This document shows, piece after piece, positions 56,132 to 64,000 of a DNA stretch of 64,000 bases. The notes beneath the pieces are model-generated. The model saw only the letters and a program-made list of their open reading frames with translations, searched no databases and was not told where the DNA came from. The translations under genes and the position numbers were made by a program. Every line of letters begins with the position of its first letter. The first letter of the stretch is position 1. The DNA is from an uncultured delta proteobacterium (lineage in GTDB: Bacteria; Myxococcota_A; UBA9160; PR03), in contig CAWDFQ010000011.1 of NCBI GenBank assembly GCA_963801625.1, forward strand, positions 18,147-82,146, written 5' to 3'.

Positions 56132-56619
56132 GGCATCCACGCGCGCGAGCGGCGCTCGACCCGTGCGCCGTCGCGCTCGGCGCGCACCATGAGCGACCAG
56201 CGCCCCGTGACGCGGCAGCGCGACGTCGACCGGTACCCGTCGCCCGACGGATACGCGAACTCGGCGTCGTAGCCGCCCTCGGCGGGACGCTCGCGCCGCA
56301 CCGACAGGCGATCGGCGTCGAGCGGCCGCGCCGTCGGCGCCGAGCAGACGCGGCGATCGCGCGCGCGCCATCCGCGTGGCAGCTGCGCGTGTTCAGCGTC
56401 GAGCGTCCAGCCTGAGCGCGCGCGCTCGCTTCGGCAGCGCGACGTCGTCGGCGAAGTGCGAGGCCCGCCTGGAACGAATCGGCGACCACCGCGTCGGATC
56501 GGGATTGCGCGCAGCGATCCGGTAGAAGCCGAGCGAGGTGCCGATCATCGCTGCCAGCATGCGCCACCAGCGCGATCGGCCAGGGCTCGAGCGACTCCGG
56601 CGACTAGCCTAGTCGGCAT
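56128..56619 (-). CDS. ccoH: FixH/CcoH-like protein (frameshifted; boundaries approximate)
   Basis: PWPIAL..MIGTSLGFY TM, GRWSL motif; position between ccoG and ccoI. Confidence 0.55.
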
Positions 56620-57966
56620 GCTCGTGCTCCTCGTGATGCGTCGCGTCGGTCGCGCTGCGCGGGCGCCACGAAGCGTCGAGTCGCGCGCGACGCTGCCTGC
56701 CGGGCGCTCGGTGTCTCGAGCACGAAGCGGATCGGCGTGCCGTCCTCGTCCTCAGCCGTCGCGATCGGGCGACGCGAGCACGAACACGCTCGCGCTCACG
56801 TCGCCGGTCGCTGGGATCGGCAGCGGATTCACGCCGGCGACGAGCTCGAAGCTCGCCGGCGCCTCGATGCCGATCCGGTAGACGCGCTCGCTGCGGTCGC
56901 GATTCTGGACGTGCAGCGTGTAGGCGTTGCCGATGCGGCCGTCGGCGCATGCGCTGGTACAGCGACGTGCGGTTGCGCTCGACCTCGAGCGCAAGCGGTG
57001 CGCGAGCGCACGAGCGCGGCGCGAAGCCGAGCACGCGACTGCGAGCGAGCAGCACGCCGTAGATCGACCACGCGCGGCCGCAGCAGACGCGTGCGCCGGC
57101 CCTCGAGCGAGGCGAGCGAGCGGTACCCGATCAGGTCCGGCGGCCGTCCGATGCGCTCCATCACGCCGTCGCAGGCGTCGATGCACTGGGTGCAGCCGAT
57201 GCACTCGAGCTGGAGGCCCTTGCGGATGTCGATGTCGGTCGGGCACACGGCGACGCAGAGCCCGCAGTCGACGCAGTCGCCGCCCTTGCGTTCGCCGCGC
57301 TCTTGCCGCGCGGCTCGCCGCGCTCCGGGTCGTAGGCGACGACGAGCGAGTCGCCGTCGAGGAGCACGCTCTGGAAGCGCGCGTACGGGCACAGGTACTT
57401 GCAGAAGGTCTGGCGGACCAGCGCGAAGTCGAGCGTAGCAGAGCGCCGTCGCCGGCGACCCAGAAGCCCATCGATGCGCCCGCGAGATCGCCGTCGCGCA
57501 GCGCACCGATCAGCTCGTAAGGCGAACGGAAGTAGCCGACCAGGTGGAGCCCGACGATCGCCGAGACTGCGATCCACGCAACCTGCGTCGCGACGCGGCG
57601 CCACAGCGCGACATGACGCGGCGGGCCCGTCCGCGTCCAGCCCTGGATCCGGCGCGCGATCGCCGCGTAGACGTCGGTAAACACCGTCTGGGGACACGCC
57701 CAGCCGCACCAGAGCCGTCCCGCGAGCGCAGTGAAGAAGAAGAGCGCGAGGGTGAGGCCCGCGAGGATCAGCCAGAGGAAAAACAGCTCCTGCGGGAAGA
57801 TCACCAGCCCGAACACGTGGAACTTGCGATGGGGGATGTCGAGCAGGACGAGCGGCTCGCCACGAACGCGAACCCAGGGAACCACGAAGAGAATCGCGAT
57901 CAGGATCGTGTTGGCGGCCGAGCGCAGCCGGCGGAAGCGACCTTCGACGGGGCGTGCAGAAAGCAC
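56609..57966 (-). CDS. ccoG: cbb3 accessory protein CcoG/FixG (frameshifted; 3' end uncertain)
   Basis: GRFRRLR, GRLWCGWACPQTVF, CKYLCPYARFQ, CVDCGLCVAVCP, CIGCTQCIDAC. Confidence 0.88.
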
Positions 57967-57985
57967 GGAGTGGTTCCCCGCCCGC

Positions 57986-58593
57986 TCAGGAGCCGGGCGC
58001 TGGCGCGACCGGCGGAACCGCGACCGGCGTCGAACCCGCGGGCGGGACGTAGTCCGGCGCACCGAGCCCCGGCTGCTGCGACTTCGGCAGCGTCTCGAGA
58101 TACGCGAGCGCCTTCCAGATCTTCTCGCGAGCCGAGCTGCGATTCCCACGCGGGCATTCCCCCCGGCCGTCCCTTCGTGACGGTCAAGAATAGATCGGCG
58201 TCGGCGTGGCCGTACTTCCAGTACGGGTCGACGAGGCTCGGGCCGACCAGCCCCGACGCATCGGGCTTGTGGCAGGCTGCGCAGATCGTCGTGAAGATCT
58301 GTTGGCCGTCGGCGATCGCCGCTGCGTTGCCGCGATACGGGTTGGTGGTCGGAATTGGGGGCGCCGTCGCCTGGATGAGCGCCTTGGTCTGCGCGACCTG
58401 CTCGGCGTACTGCTTCGTCCTGTGACCAGCCGCTGCGCGTGTAGTACGGGATGTAGACCAACGCGAACACGACGGTGCCGAAGAACGTCCACCACCACCA
58501 CGACGGGATCGGGTTGTCTTCCTCGCCGATTCCGTCGCGGAGGGCTTCGTCGCTCCGCGGCAGTTCGGCGATCTCGGCGCAATCTGCGCTCAT
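57986..58593 (-). CDS. ccoP: cbb3 oxidase subunit III CcoP, mono-heme (frameshifts)
   Basis: DGIGEEDNPIPSWW, single CAACH, GPSL, GMPAW. Confidence 0.85.
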
Positions 58594-58731
58594 TCGTCGT
58601 CGTCCTCCAGCATGCGCCGCGCGGGTTCCTCGAGGCGCTCCTTGCGCTTTCCGGCAGAACGCCCACACCGCGATGCCGCAATCACGATCGCGAGGATCGC
58701 GAGTCGGGCGAGCTTGTAGAGACCGATCCAT
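58590..58731 (-). CDS. ccoQ: cbb3 oxidase subunit CcoQ (frameshifts)
   Basis: Short TM ...GIAVWAF then RLEEPARRMLEDD; position between ccoO and ccoP. Confidence 0.65.
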
Positions 58732-58737
58732 TCCTCG

Positions 58738-59457
58738 CTAGTCATCGGCCCGGCCCTCGCTCCCGCACCCGCCGCCGCCTCCCGCCACCGGAGGTCGGTG
58801 CCGAGCCGCTGGAGGTACGCGATCAGCGCGATCGTCTCGCTGCGCGCTTCGCCGTCGCTGAAAGCGCCTGCCCGTCCTTGCGCAACGCGGCGGCCACGCG
58901 CTCCGCCTGGGCGCGGGCGTCCTCGCGCGGCGTTCTGGATCTCGCGTCGTCGTAGCGGTGACCGAGGTCGCGCAGCACTTCGAGCTTGCGCTGGTCAGCG
59001 AGAGATCGAGCGGCGACTCGATCAGGAAGGCGTAGGGCGGCATGATCGAACGCGGCTCGATCTCGCGCGGATTGCGGAGATGGATCCAGTGCCACGAGTC
59101 GGGGTACTTGCCGCCGACGCGCGAGAGATCCGGACCTGTCCGCCGCGATCCGTAGAGGAAGGGCCGGTCGTAGATGCCCTCTCCCGGCATCGTGAACGGT
59201 CCGTAGCGATCGGTCTCGGCCTTGAACGGGCGGATCATCTGGCTGTGGCAGTTGTTGCAGCCTTCGCGGATGTAGAGATCGCGTCCTTCCAGTTCGAGCG
59301 CCGAGTAGGGCTTGACGCCGTCGATCGGGTCGATCGTGCCCTGCAGGAAGTACGGAGGCACCAGCTCGACGAGTCCGCCGACCATGACCGTGAGCAGCGT
59401 CAGCACGGTGAACGTGACGCCCTTCGCTTCGAGGGGTCGATGCCAGTCCCACGCCAT
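58738..59457 (-). CDS. ccoO: cbb3 oxidase subunit II CcoO (3' frameshifts)
   Basis: GRDLYIREGCNNCHSQMIRP, GSRRTGPDL, SIMPPY, ALIAYLQRLG. Confidence 0.93.
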   Translation of the reverse strand: MAWDWHRPLEAKGVTFTVLTLLTVMVGGLVELVPPYFLQGTIDPIDGVKPYSALELEGRDLYIREGCNNCHSQMIRPFKAETDRYGPFTMPGEGIYDRPFLYGSRRTGPDLSRVGGKYPDSWHWIHLRNPREIEPRSIMPPYAFLIESPLDLSLTSASSKCCATSVTATTTRDPERRARTPAPRRSAWPPRCARTGRRFQRRRSAQRDDRADRVPPAARHRPPVAGGGGGCGSEGRADD

Positions 59458-59461
59458 GGCG

Positions 59462-60907
59462 CTAGCGCCCCCCCGCGACGGGCACGGCGCCGGTCGGCAG
59501 ACCCGCGGGTACGCCAGCGCTGCCCTGCCGGATCGTCATTGCGACGTTGTAGAACATCAGCAACGCGCCGGAGAGGAACAGCGCTCCGCCGGCGGCGCGA
59601 ATCCAGTCGTAGATGTGAATCGCCGCAACGCTCTCGATGAACGTGTAGGCAAGACTCCCATCCGGGTTCACGGCGCGCCACATCAGTCCCTGGGTGATGC
59701 CCGAGACCCACATCGACGTCACGTAGGTCACCAGTCCGAGCGTTGCGATCCAGAAATGCAGTTCCGCGAGACGCTGGCTGTACAGCTGCGTGTGCCAGAG
59801 CCGCGGGATCATGTAGTAGAGCGCCCCGAAACAGGTGAGTGCCACCCAGCCGAGCGCGCCCGAGTGCACGTGACCGATCGTCCAGTTCGTGAAGTGGGAA
59901 AGCGAGTTCACCGTCTTCACGGCCATCATCGGCCCTTCGAAGGTGCTCATGCCGTAGAAGGTGATGCCGACTGCGAACAGTTTGAGGATCGGATCGGTGC
60001 GCACCTTGTCCCAGGCGCCGCGTAGGGTGAGCAGCCCGTTCAGCATGCCGCCCCACGAAGGTAGGATCAGCATCACGGAGAATCCGGTGGCGAGCGTCTG
60101 CGTCCAGTCGGGCAGTGGCGAGTAGATCAGGTGATGCGGTCCCGCCCACATATAGAGGAAGATCAGCGACCAGAAGTGCACGATCGAGAGCCGATGCGAG
60201 AAGATCGGGCGCCCGGCCTGCTTGGGCAGGAAGTAGTACATCATGCCCAGGATCGGCGTAGTCAGCAGGAAGCCGACGGCGTTGTGGCCGTACCACCATT
60301 GGATGTTGGCGTCGTACAGCCCTGCGTAGATCGAGTACGACTTCATCCACGACACCGGCCGCTCGAGACTATTGAAGATGTGCAGCAGCCCGATGCTGAG
60401 GATCGTCGCGATCCAGAACCAGATCGCGACGTACATGCCCTTTTCCTTGCGGCGCGCGATGGTGCCGAAGAAGTTGACCGCGTAGACCACCCAGACGACC
60501 GCGATCGCGATGTCGATCGGCCACTCGAGTTCGGCGTACTCCTTCGAGGTGGTCTTGCCGAGCAGCAAGCTCACCGCCGCGGCGACGATGACGGCGTTCC
60601 AACCCCAGAGATTGATCCGTGACAAGGTGTCGGAGAACATGCGCACGCGACACAGGCGTTGGACGCCGTAGTAGCTACTGGCGAACACCGTGCCGAGCGT
60701 GAAGCCGAAGATGACCGCGTTGGTATGCAGCGGGCGGATGCGCCCGAAGCTCAGATAAGGCGGAAGATTGAACGCGGGCGCGGCGAGTTGGAGCGCGGCG
60801 AACAGACCGACGATCATCCCGATCACGCCCCACACGAGCGCGGAAATCGCGAAGCCGCGAACGACGTTCATGTCGTACTCGCTTCGCGTTACAGCAGGGC
60901 TCGGCAC
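59462..60907 (-). CDS. ccoN: cbb3 oxidase catalytic subunit I CcoN
   Basis: [45 protein letters not shown]; AGGAGG RBS before GTG. Confidence 0.97.
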   Translation of the reverse strand: MPSPAVTRSEYDMNVVRGFAISALVWGVIGMIVGLFAALQLAAPAFNLPPYLSFGRIRPLHTNAVIFGFTLGTVFASSYYGVQRLCRVRMFSDTLSRINLWGWNAVIVAAAVSLLLGKTTSKEYAELEWPIDIAIAVVWVVYAVNFFGTIARRKEKGMYVAIWFWIATILSIGLLHIFNSLERPVSWMKSYSIYAGLYDANIQWWYGHNAVGFLLTTPILGMMYYFLPKQAGRPIFSHRLSIVHFWSLIFLYMWAGPHHLIYSPLPDWTQTLATGFSVMLILPSWGGMLNGLLTLRGAWDKVRTDPILKLFAVGITFYGMSTFEGPMMAVKTVNSLSHFTNWTIGHVHSGALGWVALTCFGALYYMIPRLWHTQLYSQRLAELHFWIATLGLVTYVTSMWVSGITQGLMWRAVNPDGSLAYTFIESVAAIHIYDWIRAAGGALFLSGALLMFYNVAMTIRQGSAGVPAGLPTGAVPVAGGR

Positions 60908-60944
60908 AGTACCCCCTCCTAGATTGGACGTCCTCACGCCCGGC

Positions 60945-60960
60945 CGCAGCCTCGATGCCA
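60945..60960 (-). promoter_or_regulatory. sigma54 -24/-12 promoter of the cco operon
   Basis: TGGCATCGAGGCTGCG on the minus strand, 38 nt before the ccoN start. Confidence 0.7.
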
Positions 60961-60999
60961 GCGAACCGGGGTGCCCGAATCGTTGACGTTTGCGTGGAT

Positions 61000-61117
61000 C
61001 GTGTCGGCTCGCCACAGGTCACGGCGTGCTGTGCCCTCGCGCCTCATCCTCTGCCGATTCCACCGGATGCGACAGAGGACCGCACGTCGACCGGAACTGC
61101 TGAGCACGCAGGCCACA
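61000..61117. promoter_or_regulatory. Array of four putative enhancer (UAS) sites
   Basis: 17-mers CGTGTC-N5-GCCACA (61000), TGTGCC-N5-GCCTCA (61030), TGCGAC-N5-ACCGCA (61068), TGAGCA-N5-GCCACA (61101). Confidence 0.5.
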
Positions 61118-61377
61118 GCCGGCCCCTCACACGCTGCCCCGGCGCAAACCTTACTCCACTCGAGAACGCGGAACGGCGCTTGCCGCGCGGCCGCGCGGGA
61201 GGTGAATCTCGACGACGCCGGCAGCATCCCGATCGGCGCTGCCTACGAGGCGCCCCACACGCATCGCCGCGATGTACTCGAGCAACGCGCCGCGGTGAAC
61301 GTCACGGTCGAATTCTGAGGCTGAACTGAGACCGAGTTCCGCGGCTCTCCAGCGGGAGTCACGCGCGCGCCGGGGCT

Positions 61378-62664
61378 ATGTTCGGCGCCATGAAGGAAGA
61401 GCTCGAGGAACGGCTTGCCTTCCTCGTCTTGACGGAGACGGACAGGGCCCTGCTTGCAGGGCTCGGTCCCCTCCTCGAGCGACACGCCGAGCGTTTCGTC
61501 TCTTCGTTCTACCGCCATCTGTTGTCTTTTGAAGGCACGCGGCACCTGCTCAGCGATCCAGCCGTGAAGGACCGGGTGCTCGCCAAGCAGCGCGAGTATC
61601 TGCTCTCGCTCGCTTCGCCGGCTCTCGACGACCGCTACATCGCGGACCGCATTCGGATTGGCGAAGTGCACCAGCGCGTCGGGCTCGACCCGGGCTGGTA
61701 TCTCGGAGCCTATTCGCTCTTTTTCTCCCTGCTGGCTCCCGTGATCAGCGAGGCGTTTCGCGGCGATCCCGAGCGCGTGTCCCAGACGCTCGCGGCGCTC
61801 GTCAAGATCCTGATGCTCGATGCGCAACTCGCGGTCGAGGCCTACAACGAGCGCCGCGACCGCGTCCTCGAACACCTGAACCGCGAACTGTCGGAAGCGA
61901 GCCGCAGTCTCGCGCGCGAGCACAGCCTCACCGAGCACGAGCTTCGCGAGACCGAATTGCGAGCACGAGCCGCCGAGAGCCTCGCCTCGGTTGCGACACT
62001 CGTGGCGGGCCTGGCGCACGAGATCGGCACGCCGATGGGCGTGATTCGCGGTCACGCGGAGGCGCTGGAGTCAGCCGTCCAGGGCGAGAAGGCGCAATGG
62101 CGCGCCCGCACGATCCGAGACCAGATCGATCGCATCTCGGCCATCATCCAATCGCTGCTGAACATCGCGCGGCCCCGGAAGGCGGTGCCCGTCGCCGTCG
62201 ATCTCGTGGAGGTCGTCGACACGGCGATCGCCTTCCTGTCGGAGAAGCTCGGGCGCCGCGAAGTGACGGTGGAACGCCAGTATTCGGAGACGCCCACTGT
62301 AAGAGGCGATTCCGACAAGCTGCAGCAGCTCTTCTTGAATCTCTTTCTCAACGCGATCGACGCGATGCCAGAGGGAGGGCGGCTGCTCATCGGCATCCGG
62401 ATCAGCGCGGCGCGCGAGATCGAGATCACCGTCTCCGACACCGGTACCGGAATCGCCGCCGAAGACCTCCCGCACGTCTTCACGCCGTTCTTCACGACCA
62501 AGCCGGCGGGACACGGCAGCGGACTGGGACTCGTGGTTGCGCAGGGCATCGTCGTCGATCACGGCGGCCAGCTCGACGTGACGAGCGACGTCGATTGCGG
62601 GACGACCTTCACGATCCGGCTTCCGCTCGGCTCTCAGGCGGGGGCAGCGCTCGACGGTGCGTAG
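61378..62664 (+). CDS. Globin-coupled sensor histidine kinase
   Basis: Sensor globin domain (SFYRHL Tyr B10, RIGEVHQRVGL His F8), AHEIGTP H-box, NAIDA, DTGTGI, FFTTK, GSGLGL; no TM. Confidence 0.92.
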   Translation: MFGAMKEELEERLAFLVLTETDRALLAGLGPLLERHAERFVSSFYRHLLSFEGTRHLLSDPAVKDRVLAKQREYLLSLASPALDDRYIADRIRIGEVHQRVGLDPGWYLGAYSLFFSLLAPVISEAFRGDPERVSQTLAALVKILMLDAQLAVEAYNERRDRVLEHLNRELSEASRSLAREHSLTEHELRETELRARAAESLASVATLVAGLAHEIGTPMGVIRGHAEALESAVQGEKAQWRARTIRDQIDRISAIIQSLLNIARPRKAVPVAVDLVEVVDTAIAFLSEKLGRREVTVERQYSETPTVRGDSDKLQQLFLNLFLNAIDAMPEGGRLLIGIRISAAREIEITVSDTGTGIAAEDLPHVFTPFFTTKPAGHGSGLGLVVAQGIVVDHGGQLDVTSDVDCGTTFTIRLPLGSQAGAALDGA

Positions 62665-63071
62665 GCGAGCCGCAACAGGTCGCTCTCCACCACGAGACCG
62701 ACCATCAGCAGGCGATCTCCCTCGGCTTCGACCACCGGCAGGCAGCCCAGGTGTTTCTCCACCATCCGGCGCGCGACTTCGATGAGCGGCTCGCTGGGTG
62801 TCGCAGTGAGCGGTGTACGGTCCATCACCTCCACGACGGGGAGGCGCGCGAGCAGGTCCTTCACGAGTTCGAGAGGATGCTCGAGAACGGTCTCGAGCGC
62901 GGTCCGCAGCAGACTTTGATGCCAGAGCACGCCGACCAGCGCGTCGTCGGAGATCACCGGTACCTGGCGGATGCCGGCGACACGCATCAGCAACTCGGCT
63001 TCGTAGAGGCTCAGCTGCGGTGACGCGGAAATCCAGTGTCGTCGCATCACCGTGGCGATCGGCCGATCCAA
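62634..63071 (-). CDS. Tandem CBS-domain protein
   Basis: IRQVPV...GVL; LGCLPVV...GLVVESDLL; GAAAGG RBS before TTG at 63071 (start uncertain). Confidence 0.85.
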   Translation of the reverse strand: MDRPIATVMRRHWISASPQLSLYEAELLMRVAGIRQVPVISDDALVGVLWHQSLLRTALETVLEHPLELVKDLLARLPVVEVMDRTPLTATPSEPLIEVARRMVEKHLGCLPVVEAEGDRLLMVGLVVESDLLRLAYAPSSAAPA

Positions 63072-63119
63072 TCGGGCCTTTCGAATGGCTCTCGCTATCT
63101 CGGGCATGCCAGGAGGTGA

Positions 63120-63135
63120 TGCAGGCCCCATGCCA
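63120..63135 (-). promoter_or_regulatory. sigma54 -24/-12 promoter of CBS gene 2
   Basis: TGGCATGGGGCCTGCA on the minus strand. Confidence 0.7.
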
Positions 63136-63264
63136 AGAAGATTGCGGGCGCAAGGCTGCGCATTACGAGACCTCTTGACACCCACTGAGACTCGGCGCCA
63201 CAGTCGGCCGACCCAGATGTGCCCTGCGGCGCCGCTCCAGTGGTCGCCATGAACCTGGGACCGC

Positions 63265-63280
63265 TGGCACGCAACGTGCG
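63265..63280 (+). promoter_or_regulatory. sigma54 -24/-12 promoter of the response regulator
   Basis: TGGCACGCAACGTGCG. Confidence 0.65.
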
Positions 63281-63295
63281 AAAAGACTGGGAGTC

Positions 63296-64000
63296 ATGGC
63301 CAGTCCGCGCTCGATCCTCGTAGTCGACGACGATTCCGCAATGCGGGAGATGGTGGTGTCGTTGCTCGAAGACCAGGGGATTCACGCGCTCGCTGCCGCC
63401 AGCACCGACGAGGCTCTCGAACGGCTCAGCGAATTCGACTGCGACGTCGTGCTCTCCGACATCCGCATGCCCGGCAAGACCGGCATCGACCTGGTCGGGC
63501 AGATCCGCGGGCTGCGGCCCGACGACGCCGGTCGTGCTGATGACCGCCTTCGGCAGCATCGACTCGGCCGTCGAGGCGATGCACGCCGGCGCCTTCGACT
63601 ACGTGACCAAGCCCTTCAAGCGCGACGCCCTGCTCGTCACGCTGGACCGCGCCTTCGAGCACCGTGCGCTCGAGGAGGAGAACCGGAGGCTGCGACGCGC
63701 CGTCGATCAGACCTCGTCGTTCGGCGATCTGATCGGCCACAGCCCCGCGATGCGCGAGATCTTCGCGCTGGTGCGCAAGATCGCCGACGGTCACTCGAGC
63801 GTGCTGATCACCGGCGAGAGCGGCACCGGCAAGGAGGTCGTCGCGCGCACGATCCATTTCTCGGGCGCACGCGCGGCGCGCTCGTTCGTGCCGATCAACT
63901 GCACGGCGATCCCGGAAGGACTGCTCGAGAGCGAACTCTTCGGCCACGTGCGCGGCGCGTTCACCGGAGCGCACGTCACGAAGCGCGGTCTCTTCGAGCA
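63296..64000 (+). CDS. NtrC-family sigma54-dependent response regulator (partial; frameshift near 63525)
   Basis: LVVDDD, SDIRMPG, TAFG, KPF receiver motifs; GESGTGKE Walker A; ESELFGH; GAFTGA. Confidence 0.95.
   Translation, partial: MASPRSILVVDDDSAMREMVVSLLEDQGIHALAAASTDEALERLSEFDCDVVLSDIRMPGKTGIDLVGQIRGLRPDDAGRADDRLRQHRLGRRGDARRRLRLRDQALQARRPARHAGPRLRAPCARGGEPEAATRRRSDLVVRRSDRPQPRDARDLRAGAQDRRRSLERADHRRERHRQGGRRAHDPFLGRTRGALVRADQLHGDPGRTARERTLRPRARRVHRSARHEARSLRA

Noticed and set aside
60908-61377. FNR/FixK box upstream of ccoN (TTGACG at about 60983)
   Set aside because: Only a half site; no ATCAA/GTCAA at the N4 spacing

Overview
GC-rich bacterial chromosomal segment. Gene content and style suggest a Myxococcota-like lineage (inference only). 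Many genes are split by single-base indels in a patchy pattern, most likely long-read consensus errors. Left to right: end of a CAAX-protease gene; metH; SDR; DUF1501/DUF1800 pair; SDR-MoaD-aldehyde ferredoxin oxidoreductase; Mla-type ABC operon; a ~13 kb polyamine/amine locus (two class III aminotransferases, kinase-like protein, split PotABCD, HDAC-family deacylase, two paralogous GNAT-like proteins, FAD amine oxidase, damaged porin); dus; acyltransferase; arylsulfotransferase; a 10.6 kb surface-glycosylation cassette bracketed by an exact 38-bp direct repeat; HAD; asd; small catabolic genes; carbonic anhydrase; and a ~17.5 kb low-oxygen block (group 3b NiFe hydrogenase, Crp/Fnr regulator, two CBS proteins, ccoNOQPGHIS, globin-coupled histidine kinase, NtrC-type sigma54 activator). 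The strongest unexplained signal is that six transcription units of the low-oxygen block each have a correctly spaced sigma54 -24/-12 element, and three intergenic regions share a 17-bp palindromic motif. This points to a globin-sensor/sigma54 hypoxia regulon in place of the usual FNR/FixK control. Two copies of a large palindromic intergenic element were also found. No rRNA, tRNA, CRISPR array or transposase was seen.
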